Shown: one piece after another, positions 8,892 through 16,568 of the stretch | Position numbering within the stretch: position 1 is the stretch's first letter | Layout of the letters: every line of letters begins with the position of its first letter | DNA from: Candidatus Parcubacteria bacterium | Lineage (GTDB): Bacteria; Patescibacteriota; Minisyncoccia; UBA6257; HR35 | Length of the DNA: 64,000 nucleotides | Assembly (NCBI GenBank): GCA_026004535.1 | Contig: BPJI01000001.1 | Span: forward strand, 15,915-79,914 | Direction: 5' to 3' | The notes under the pieces: model-generated | Databases searched by the model: none | Told to the model about the DNA's origin: nothing | What the model saw: the letters and a program-made list of their open reading frames with translations, nothing else | Translations under genes and position numbers: made by a program

Positions 8892-9335
8892 TCATCTAAC
8901 CCTGGAAATTTTTTTTCTCAACCAATCATTGACCGCCATATCTTCAATAACGTTTTGTAAATAGCCAAAACCAATTTGAGAATAAAGTTCTTGAATTTGC
9001 TCTCTTGAAAGGCCTATTTCTTTGGGGTGAGGAGTGATTGCCCGATGGGCTCCTTCGTGACCAGCCACAAATTTGGCTAACTCGGGACTTTCTTTAATGT
9101 GAAGGGGATCGAAAGTAATAGAAACATCCTCTGGATTAAAAAAACTACCCCTTCCAGGTTTTCCCAATTTAACTTTCATTCTAAAATCTCCTCCAACCCG
9201 TTTAGCAATAATTTCTAAATTTTCCCAAACTTCTTTTGGAATTTCTATTTTTAATTCTTCCGTTTTCCTCGCCGCACCCTCTGGAAAATATTGTCTTGTT
9301 TTAAATTTCTCCATACATATTGTTATTTTACTCAA
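8892..9335 (-). CDS. HExxH metallopeptidase-like N-terminal domain (putative metal-dependent peptidase of the DUF2201_N / COG3864 type). It is probably the 5' part of the same gene as 6929-8554.
   Basis: Motif AGHEGAHRA. The ORF ends in an A8 run. A 1-nt indel there fuses it to the downstream coiled-coil/VWA ORF, giving about 800 aa. Confidence 0.5.
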   Translation of the reverse strand: MSKITICMEKFKTRQYFPEGAARKTEELKIEIPKEVWENLEIIAKRVGGDFRMKVKLGKPGRGSFFNPEDVSITFDPLHIKESPELAKFVAGHEGAHRAITPHPKEIGLSREQIQELYSQIGFGYLQNVIEDMAVNDWLRKKISRVR

Positions 9336-9356
9336 ATTTTTTGATAAAATATCAAT

Positions 9357-10625
9357 ATGTCAAATTCTCTCGAAAAAAATTTTGCCCAAAAACATGAAAA
9401 ACTGGAATCTGCTAAGAAGATTAAAGAAGAAAGAGCTTTAAAACTGGCAAGAGAAATAAAGAGAATAAAAGAAAAAATATCTAAAGAAGCAGGAACAATT
9501 AAAGATTATCAAAGAATAATTGAATTAGCAAAGAAAATAGAGAGTCTTTATAATAAAGCCTGGGAACTTGAAGGTAAATTGACTAAAAAAAATATCTTAG
9601 TTGAACATAGAGTTTTTGGAGCGATTTATGAAGCCAACTTCAGCCCCGAAGGAGATAAGATAGTTATTGGGAGTAACGGTAGAATAATGCAAGTTCTTTC
9701 TTTAACCGAAGGCAAAATATACGAAAGAGGAATATTAAGACCAAAAGTTTTAGCTGAATTTAAGACTGAAGGAGTAGTTTATACAGCTAATTTCAATCCC
9801 GAAGGAGACAAGATAGTTATTGGAGATAGCAGGGGAATAATGAGAGTTCTTTCTTTAACTGAAGGTGAAATAGATGAAAAAGGAATATTAAGACCAAAGA
9901 TTTTAGTCGAATTTAATGTTGAGGGAGCAGTTTATGAAGCTAATTTCAGCCCCGAAGGAGATAAGATAGTTATTGGAAGCAGCGATAAAATGATGAGGGT
10001 TCTTTCTTTAACCGAAGGCAAAATAGATGAAAGAGGAATATTAAGACCAAAAGTTTTAGCTGAATTTAAGACTGAAGGAGTAGTTTATACAGCTAATTTC
10101 AATCCCGAAGGAGACAAGATAGTTATTGGAGGCAACGATAAAATGATGAAAGTTCTTTCTTTAATTGAAGATGAAATATACAGAGGAAAAATATTAATAC
10201 CAAGAGTTTTAGTTGAATTTGAAGCTAATGGAGTGATTTATGAAGCTAACTTCAGTCCCGAAGGAGATAAGATAGTTATTGTAACCAACAAGGGAATAAT
10301 GAAGGTTCTTTCTTTAACTGAAGGCGAAATAGATGAAAGAGGAATATTAAGACCAAAGGTTTTGGCTGAATTTAAGACTAGGTTAGAAATTTATACAGCT
10401 AATTTCAATCCCGAAGGAGACAAGATAGTTATTGGAGATTTCGATAAAATGAAAGTTCTTTCTTTAACTGAAGGCGAAATAGATGAAAGAGGAATATTAA
10501 GACCAAAGGTTTTGGCTGAATTTGAAACTGAAGGATGGGTTTATACAGCTAATTTCAGCCCTGAAGGAGATAAGATAGTTATTGGAGATTTCTATGGGGT
10601 GACGAAAGTTATTGGAGAAAAGTAG
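9357..10625 (+). CDS. Coiled-coil N-terminus plus a 7-blade beta-propeller-like repeat protein (WD40-like blades, about 50 aa).
   Basis: Seven near-identical repeats of ANF(S/N)PEGDKIVIG...M(R/K)VLSLTEGEIDERGILRPKVLAEF. The repeats are also near-identical at DNA level, with a 150 bp unit. Confidence 0.6.
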   Translation: MSNSLEKNFAQKHEKLESAKKIKEERALKLAREIKRIKEKISKEAGTIKDYQRIIELAKKIESLYNKAWELEGKLTKKNILVEHRVFGAIYEANFSPEGDKIVIGSNGRIMQVLSLTEGKIYERGILRPKVLAEFKTEGVVYTANFNPEGDKIVIGDSRGIMRVLSLTEGEIDEKGILRPKILVEFNVEGAVYEANFSPEGDKIVIGSSDKMMRVLSLTEGKIDERGILRPKVLAEFKTEGVVYTANFNPEGDKIVIGGNDKMMKVLSLIEDEIYRGKILIPRVLVEFEANGVIYEANFSPEGDKIVIVTNKGIMKVLSLTEGEIDERGILRPKVLAEFKTRLEIYTANFNPEGDKIVIGDFDKMKVLSLTEGEIDERGILRPKVLAEFETEGWVYTANFSPEGDKIVIGDFYGVTKVIGEK

Positions 10626-10750
10626 CAGAATATCTATTTTCCAATATCTTCATAAAATATTAATGTAGAAAATTCTCTTGAAAAATTTTGAAGATGATAT
10701 AAATATTACTACTCAAAGTTATTCAATCAACTGAATGCTCCATAATAGTA

Positions 10751-12091
10751 TTAGTCATTGTTACTGAAAACCGACTTTAAATATTCACTTATTTCTTCTA
10801 TCTTTATTCTTTCTTGTTTAGTACTATCTCTATCTCTTATAGTTACAGTCTCATCTTCTAATGTTTGAAAATCGATTGTTAAACAAAAAGGAGTACCAAT
10901 TTCGTCTTGTCTTCGGTATCTTCTTCCAATTGAACCTGATTCATCATAAAAACTGATAAAATCTTTCTTAACAATTTGGTAGACCTCTTTTGCTTTATCA
11001 ACTAATTTTTTTTTATTACCTAATAAAGGAAAAACAGCAACTTTAATTGGCGCTAAAAAAGGGGGAAATCTAAAAATTCTTCTTCTCTCTCCTTCAATAA
11101 TATCTTCATCATAAAATTCCACTAAAACTGCCAACAATAGCCTCTCAACACCAACTGATGGCTCAATCACGTAAGGTAAAATTTTTTTCTTGGTTTTTTC
11201 ATCAAAATAAACAAGTTCTTCGCCAGAAAAATGAGAATGTCTTGACAAATCATAATTAGTTCGATTGGCAATTCCCTCTAATTCATCGAATCCCCAAGGA
11301 AATTTATACTCAATATCAGTAGTTGCAGCTGAATAATGAGCTAATTCTTCCCTTAAGTACTCTCTTTTGCGAATATTTTCTTTTTTAAACCCTAATTTTA
11401 AATACCAACCATATCTCTCTTCAACCCAATACTTATACCATTTTTCAGCTTCTTTGGGGTCTATAAAAAATTCAAGCTCCATTTGTTCAAATTCTCGAAT
11501 GCGAAAAATAAAATTTCTGGGAGTTATTTCATTTCTAAAAGCTTTACCAATTTGAGCGATACCAAATGGCAATTTAGTTCTCATTGAATTTAAAACATTT
11601 TTAAAGTTGCAGAACATTCCCTGAGCAGTTTCTGGTCTTAAGTAAGCTTCAGTGGCTAATTCTTCAACTGGACCAACATAAGTTTTAAACATCAAATTAA
11701 ATTGTCTTTCTTCGGTTAACTCTCCACCGCAAAGAGGGCACAATGGTTTATTATCTTTTAATTTAACTTCACCATATTCACCTTTCATTAAATGATCAGA
11801 ACGGAATCTTTGATGACAATTTTTACACTCAACCAATGGGTCTTGGAAACCTTCAATATGACCTGAGGCTTCATAAACTTTTCTTGGACCGACGATTGAA
11901 CTTTCAATCAAAAAAATATTATCTCTTGAAAAAACAATACTTTTTAACCATAAATTTTTGAGATTATTCTTCAGCAAAACTCCTAAATAACCGTAATCAT
12001 AAAATCCCTTAAGTCCACCATAAATTTCAGCTGATTGAAAAATAAAACCTCTCTGTTTACAAATTTGAATTATTGTTTCTAAATTTTTCAT
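10751..12091 (-). CDS. glyQS: Glycyl-tRNA synthetase (dimeric class II type).
   Basis: N-terminus MKNLETIIQICKQRGFIFQSAEIYGGL. Class II motifs. Length 446 aa. Confidence 0.85.
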   Translation of the reverse strand: MKNLETIIQICKQRGFIFQSAEIYGGLKGFYDYGYLGVLLKNNLKNLWLKSIVFSRDNIFLIESSIVGPRKVYEASGHIEGFQDPLVECKNCHQRFRSDHLMKGEYGEVKLKDNKPLCPLCGGELTEERQFNLMFKTYVGPVEELATEAYLRPETAQGMFCNFKNVLNSMRTKLPFGIAQIGKAFRNEITPRNFIFRIREFEQMELEFFIDPKEAEKWYKYWVEERYGWYLKLGFKKENIRKREYLREELAHYSAATTDIEYKFPWGFDELEGIANRTNYDLSRHSHFSGEELVYFDEKTKKKILPYVIEPSVGVERLLLAVLVEFYDEDIIEGERRRIFRFPPFLAPIKVAVFPLLGNKKKLVDKAKEVYQIVKKDFISFYDESGSIGRRYRRQDEIGTPFCLTIDFQTLEDETVTIRDRDSTKQERIKIEEISEYLKSVFSNND

Positions 12092-13770
12092 TGATAAAGA
12101 ACCTGACCAACAGAAATCGGATTTATTGTCTTTTGAATAACTCCTTGACTAAAAGAGCCAGTAGCTGAATATTCGGCTTGAGGAATAATAATAAAGCTTT
12201 GTGGTTCAACATTGGCTGGTAATTCAACTAAAATTTGAAAGGCTAAATCTAATTCTTTATTAACATAACCGAGATTAGCAGGCAATTTGTTTATTTGATA
12301 TATAAAAGCACCGGTTTTCGAATCATACTTTAAATTATCTAAAATTGCATCGCCACCAACTTTACCGGTAAAATTAACTCCCATCGGTAATCTGGTTTTA
12401 ATAGTTAAATTGTCAAAATCTTCACCAATTGATTTTATTTTCAAATGCCAAATAAGAGTTGATGGCTGATTGGGTTGCAAAGGAAATGGACCCTCCGGAA
12501 CAAAAATTGGATCTTGATAAACTAACTTGCTTTCTAAATTAATATCACCAATTATTCTTTTTTCATCTTCCTGAAAAACAAAATATTCTCTGCCTCCTTC
12601 CTCAATTTCAATTGGAATACTCGGTGTTCTAAATTCGGCCCTTATTTTAGTAGTAAAATTTTTATTATTTTCTCCTAAGATTGGGTAACTTCTAAATAAA
12701 GAAACAGCAAAATTAAACTTAACCCTATCTCCAGGTTTTAAAACCAAAAGTTCTGGTTTATTCCTTGAAGTCCAGTAAATAGCTTGCTCAAATTCATTGA
12801 AATAACCATCAGTATTTAAAGAATAAAAATCAAAAGGACCGGAAAAAATAATCTTGACCTGGCCATTTTCTAATATTGTCTGGCTTTTATTTTCTAAAAT
12901 AATCTCATAAAATAAGCTTGAACCAATATTTATGTTTTTACTTTCAGGAGTTGATTTAATGTAAAAAACAATCGGATTTTCTAGAACATTGATTTTAGCG
13001 ATTTCCTTAGTTAAAGAAAAACTAAAATTTTGATAACTAAAATCAACCTTGATGCTAAAAATTCCAGAAGATTTTGAATTCTGAATTTGCCCAATTAAGG
13101 AAACGTTTTTTATTTCTTCAGTATCAAGACTTGGAAATTCCCAATAAAAATTTTCAGTCTGCGGAAAAGATGAGGTCAAAAGAAAATGAGTTGGAGTTTC
13201 AATACTAACTTTAATATTATTTAGTTTTTGTTTAGTTAAATTAATAATACGAAAGTTAGCTTGGAACTCTTGATTAACATAAATTTTAGTCGGGAGAAAA
13301 ATCTGAGCTTTGATTGGAGGATTTTTGACTAAAATCGAGAAATTTTCTTCTTTAGCAAAAATATGATCCTTATCTTCAATCTTATAGTTTAAAACTATTT
13401 TTAAATTTTCCTTTAAATCTCCGGCATTAACAAAAAACAAACTGAGATTTTGAACATTAGTTTTTTGTTGTTCAATTTCTCCTAAAAATAGAGACAAATT
13501 TTTTTCTTGAGGATTATTGACTAAAAAAGCACCATCAGAAAGAGAAATTTTAAGAGTTACATCGGTCAATTTTTTATTTGAACCATTAACAATCTCGATT
13601 TTATAATCATAATTTTCTAAAGATAAAACTTCATTCGGTCCGGTTAGGCCTATTTTTAAGTCTGAAGCTGGGGTTGGTCGAAAATAAATAAAATAGACAA
13701 AAAAAACAATAGATAAAACAAACAAAATAAATGAAAAAATTAAAATTCGATTTAAAAATTTTTCTTTCAT
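12088..13770 (-). CDS. Membrane-anchored large extracytoplasmic protein, hypothetical.
   Basis: Single N-terminal TM helix. A 530 aa beta-rich, N/S/T-rich ectodomain. No catalytic motif. Confidence 0.5.
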   Translation of the reverse strand: MKEKFLNRILIFSFILFVLSIVFFVYFIYFRPTPASDLKIGLTGPNEVLSLENYDYKIEIVNGSNKKLTDVTLKISLSDGAFLVNNPQEKNLSLFLGEIEQQKTNVQNLSLFFVNAGDLKENLKIVLNYKIEDKDHIFAKEENFSILVKNPPIKAQIFLPTKIYVNQEFQANFRIINLTKQKLNNIKVSIETPTHFLLTSSFPQTENFYWEFPSLDTEEIKNVSLIGQIQNSKSSGIFSIKVDFSYQNFSFSLTKEIAKINVLENPIVFYIKSTPESKNINIGSSLFYEIILENKSQTILENGQVKIIFSGPFDFYSLNTDGYFNEFEQAIYWTSRNKPELLVLKPGDRVKFNFAVSLFRSYPILGENNKNFTTKIRAEFRTPSIPIEIEEGGREYFVFQEDEKRIIGDINLESKLVYQDPIFVPEGPFPLQPNQPSTLIWHLKIKSIGEDFDNLTIKTRLPMGVNFTGKVGGDAILDNLKYDSKTGAFIYQINKLPANLGYVNKELDLAFQILVELPANVEPQSFIIIPQAEYSATGSFSQGVIQKTINPISVGQVLYQ

Positions 13771-13779
13771 TAAATTTAA

Positions 13780-14436
13780 TTATATCAAAAATTCATTAAA
13801 ACTATTTTTAATCAGAACTTTTAAAAAATCAGGAATTTCTCGAGGAAGTTTAATTAAATTTTTAATTTTTCGAGCCTGAGTTAGTTCTTGTTGGCTTATT
13901 CTTAAATAAAAATCCTGACGACAATAAAAACAATAAAGAAATCTTTTGTTATCAAAATAAGCAAATTTTCTTAATCTTCTTTGGCATTTTTGGCAATTTT
14001 CTAAATCAACCTCATAACCTAATTCTCTTAGAAGATGAAATAGAAACCAAAAAGAAAAAACTTTTGATCTTTGTCTTAAGTAATTTTCTAAATGAGTTAA
14101 GACAAACCAAATAAATTTTGGAGTCTCCAATAATCCTAAATTTTTAACAATCCTTAAAGTCCATAAGAAAAGATAAGGTTGGGATTTAAAGATATTAGTA
14201 GTAGTTTTTAAAGGCAAGGCTGAAATTATTTGATATTTTTTAAAATTGGTTATAATAAAGAAACGATTCAGATTGCCAGGTTCAAAAAGGGTTAGATTTT
14301 TACTTTGGGGTCTAAAAATTCCCCTAAGATAACATTTCAGTAAACCATAGTTTTTTGTTAAAATATATATTAAAGCATCATTTTCTTTTAATTTTTCTTT
14401 GGCCAAAATTAAACCTTGAACCTTAAAGTAAATCAT
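13780..14436 (-). CDS. recO: RecO-like DNA repair protein.
   Basis: A 218 aa N-terminal OB-like region. C-terminal CxxC...CxxC (ENCQKCQ...YCFYCRQ) as in RecO. Confidence 0.5.
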   Translation of the reverse strand: MIYFKVQGLILAKEKLKENDALIYILTKNYGLLKCYLRGIFRPQSKNLTLFEPGNLNRFFIITNFKKYQIISALPLKTTTNIFKSQPYLFLWTLRIVKNLGLLETPKFIWFVLTHLENYLRQRSKVFSFWFLFHLLRELGYEVDLENCQKCQRRLRKFAYFDNKRFLYCFYCRQDFYLRISQQELTQARKIKNLIKLPREIPDFLKVLIKNSFNEFLI

Positions 14437-15595
14437 GAATAAAAGAATAAAACAATTATCTTTTCTGTTAATAATTTTAATCTTAATTCTTTCAGCTTAC
14501 AAATTTGGTTATCAAAAAGCTTTAGCTGAAACAACAGCTGGTAAATTTTTTAGTGTGCAAAATTTTTTGATGTTTTTAAGAGCCTGGGAAATAATTAATA
14601 GAAATTTTATTGATCCTCAAAAAATTGATAACGATAAAGCAATGTTTGAAGCAACTCGAGGTCTAATAAAATCTTTAGATGATCCATATTCAGATTTACT
14701 TTCAGAAGAACAAAGAAAAATTTTTGAAGAAGATTTAACTGGTTCATTTGGTGGGATCGGTATAGAAATTGGCATTCGTAAAGGAGTTTTAACAGTTATT
14801 GCTCCGCTTGAAGAAACTCCAGCTCAACGAGCTGGACTTAAGGCTGGAGATAAAATTTTAAAAATTAACGCTGAAGAGACAGAAAATATGTCTTTAGAAG
14901 AAGCTGTATCAAAAATAAGAGGCAAACCAGGAACTAAAGTAACTTTAACGATTTTTCGTGATGAATGGTTAGAACCAAAAGATTTTGAAATTACTCGAGA
15001 AGTTATTAATATTGCCGTTATTAAAACAAAATTTATTTCACCTAATATTGGTTATATAAAGATTAACTCTTTTGGGGCAACAGTTTATTCAGAATTTATG
15101 AAAGCCTATAATCAACTTAAAAGCCAAGGCGCTGATAGATTTATTATTGATTTAAGAAACAACCCTGGTGGTTATTTGGAAATGGCAATTAAAATGAGCG
15201 AACTATTTTTGCCCCGGGGTAAAATTATCTTAAAAGAAGTTAAAAGAAATGGAGGAACAAAGTCGATTATTTCTGAAGGCCCAGGTGTGATTCAAGAAAA
15301 AGTCGTTATTCTAATTAATAAAGGTTCAGCTTCAGCTTCAGAAATTTTTGCTGGTGCTCTGAGAGATAATTTAGGAATTAAATTAATTGGCGAAAAAAGC
15401 TTTGGCAAAGGCAGTGTTCAGCAAACTTTTCCTTTAAACGGAAATTTGTTAAAATTAACTATTGCTTATTGGTTAACCCCCAGTGGAACAAAAATTGAAG
15501 GTAACGGCTTAAAACCAGATATTGAAGTTGAAGAACCGAAAGAAGAAACAGAAAAAGATCCAGTTTTAGATAAAGCAATTGAAGTGTTAAAATAA
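14435..15595 (+). CDS. ctpA: C-terminal processing peptidase (S41 family) with a PDZ domain.
   Basis: PDZ stretch GIEIGIRKGVLTVIAPLEETPAQRAGLKAGDKIL. S41 motifs DLRNNPGGY and NKGSASASEIFAGAL. Confidence 0.8.
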   Translation: MNKRIKQLSFLLIILILILSAYKFGYQKALAETTAGKFFSVQNFLMFLRAWEIINRNFIDPQKIDNDKAMFEATRGLIKSLDDPYSDLLSEEQRKIFEEDLTGSFGGIGIEIGIRKGVLTVIAPLEETPAQRAGLKAGDKILKINAEETENMSLEEAVSKIRGKPGTKVTLTIFRDEWLEPKDFEITREVINIAVIKTKFISPNIGYIKINSFGATVYSEFMKAYNQLKSQGADRFIIDLRNNPGGYLEMAIKMSELFLPRGKIILKEVKRNGGTKSIISEGPGVIQEKVVILINKGSASASEIFAGALRDNLGIKLIGEKSFGKGSVQQTFPLNGNLLKLTIAYWLTPSGTKIEGNGLKPDIEVEEPKEETEKDPVLDKAIEVLK

Positions 15596-15610
15596 AATAA
15601 AGAAATTAAT

Positions 15611-15754
15611 TATCCGGATATAAACCGGATATAACTACCCGGATTTTTACCGGATAGAACTATCCGGATGTAAAACGGATAATACTACCCAGATGTAAAC
15701 CGGATATATCCGGTAATCATCAGGGTAAAATAATCCGGTAGCCCATCCGGGTAA
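15611..15754. repeat. Phased CCGGATA/TATCCGG array b.
   Basis: Forward units, then reverse units (atccggtaatcatcagggtaaaataatccggtagcccatccgggtaa). It ends 11 nt before the rplI ATG. Confidence 0.75.
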
Positions 15755-15761
15755 TACATAA

Positions 15762-16202
15762 ATGAAAAGAAAAAAAGATAAAAAAATTCCAGTTTTGCTT
15801 TTAGAGGATATGTCAAATTTAGGTCAAAGAGGAGAAATTGTTTTAGTGAAGCCTGGTTATTTTCGTTATTTAATTTCTCAAAAAAAGGCTTTATTAGCAA
15901 GCAAAGAAAAATTAGAAAACGAACTTAAACCATTGGTCTTAGAAGAAAAAATAAAATCAAGGGAAACAATAATTCAAAAAATGAAAGAACAAATCGAAAA
16001 TTTGGTTTTAGAATTTAAAATTAATCAATATTCAGGAGTTAGCAAAGAGAAAATAATCCAAGCCTTAAAGGAAAAAGGTTTTAACATTTCTAAAAATTCA
16101 ATTGAACTTAAAGAAAAAATAAAAAAAGAAGGAGAGTATCTAATCCCAATTAATTTAGGTTTTAATCTTAAGGCGAATTTAAAAATTAAATGTTCAGCCT
16201 AA
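15762..16202 (+). CDS. rplI: Ribosomal protein L9.
   Basis: IPVLLLEDMSNLGQRGEIVLVKPGYFRYLI matches the L9 N-domain consensus. Confidence 0.75.
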   Translation: MKRKKDKKIPVLLLEDMSNLGQRGEIVLVKPGYFRYLISQKKALLASKEKLENELKPLVLEEKIKSRETIIQKMKEQIENLVLEFKINQYSGVSKEKIIQALKEKGFNISKNSIELKEKIKKEGEYLIPINLGFNLKANLKIKCSA

Positions 16203-16203
16203 A

Positions 16204-16554
16204 ATGACCCATCAATTAATCCAATATATTGAAGAAAAATATTCTCGTCAGGATTTGCCAGAAATAAAACCAGGAATGGTTGTTCGTGTTTGGCAAAAAT
16301 TTAAGGAAAAAAAGGGAGAAAGTTTAAAACCATTTGAAGGTATTGTTATTAGTCTTAAAAAGAAAAAAGGAACAAAAAAAATGTTTACAGTAAGAGGCGA
16401 AGCAGCTGGTCAAATGGTTGAAAAAACTTATCCCTTTAATTTACCAACAATTACGAAAATAGAAATTTTAAAACAAGGAAAAACTAAAAGAGCCAAACTT
16501 TACTTTATCAGAAAACTCCACCCACGAAAAATTAAAAGAAAACTCAGGATTTAG
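16204..16554 (+). CDS. rplS: Ribosomal protein L19.
   Basis: PGMVVRVWQKF...FEGIVISLKK...FTVRGEAAGQMVEKTYPFNLP...KRAKLYFIRKL matches L19. Confidence 0.85.
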   Translation: MTHQLIQYIEEKYSRQDLPEIKPGMVVRVWQKFKEKKGESLKPFEGIVISLKKKKGTKKMFTVRGEAAGQMVEKTYPFNLPTITKIEILKQGKTKRAKLYFIRKLHPRKIKRKLRI

Positions 16555-16568
16555 ACTTAAGTTTTTAT

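Larger units (their letters stand above)
6929..9335 (-). pseudogene. Metallopeptidase-coiled-coil-VWA gene split by a frameshift at a homopolymer. It could be a genuine pseudogene, a slippage site, or a sequencing indel.
   Basis: The two ORFs plus 337 nt of open linker are colinear. T8 on the plus strand at 8909-8916 is the only frame break. Confidence 0.45.

Noticed and set aside
9357-10625. Calling the repeat protein a WD40 protein outright.
   Set aside because: The blades are about 50 aa and lack the canonical GH...WD dipeptides. A beta-propeller is likely, but the specific family is not determinable by eye.
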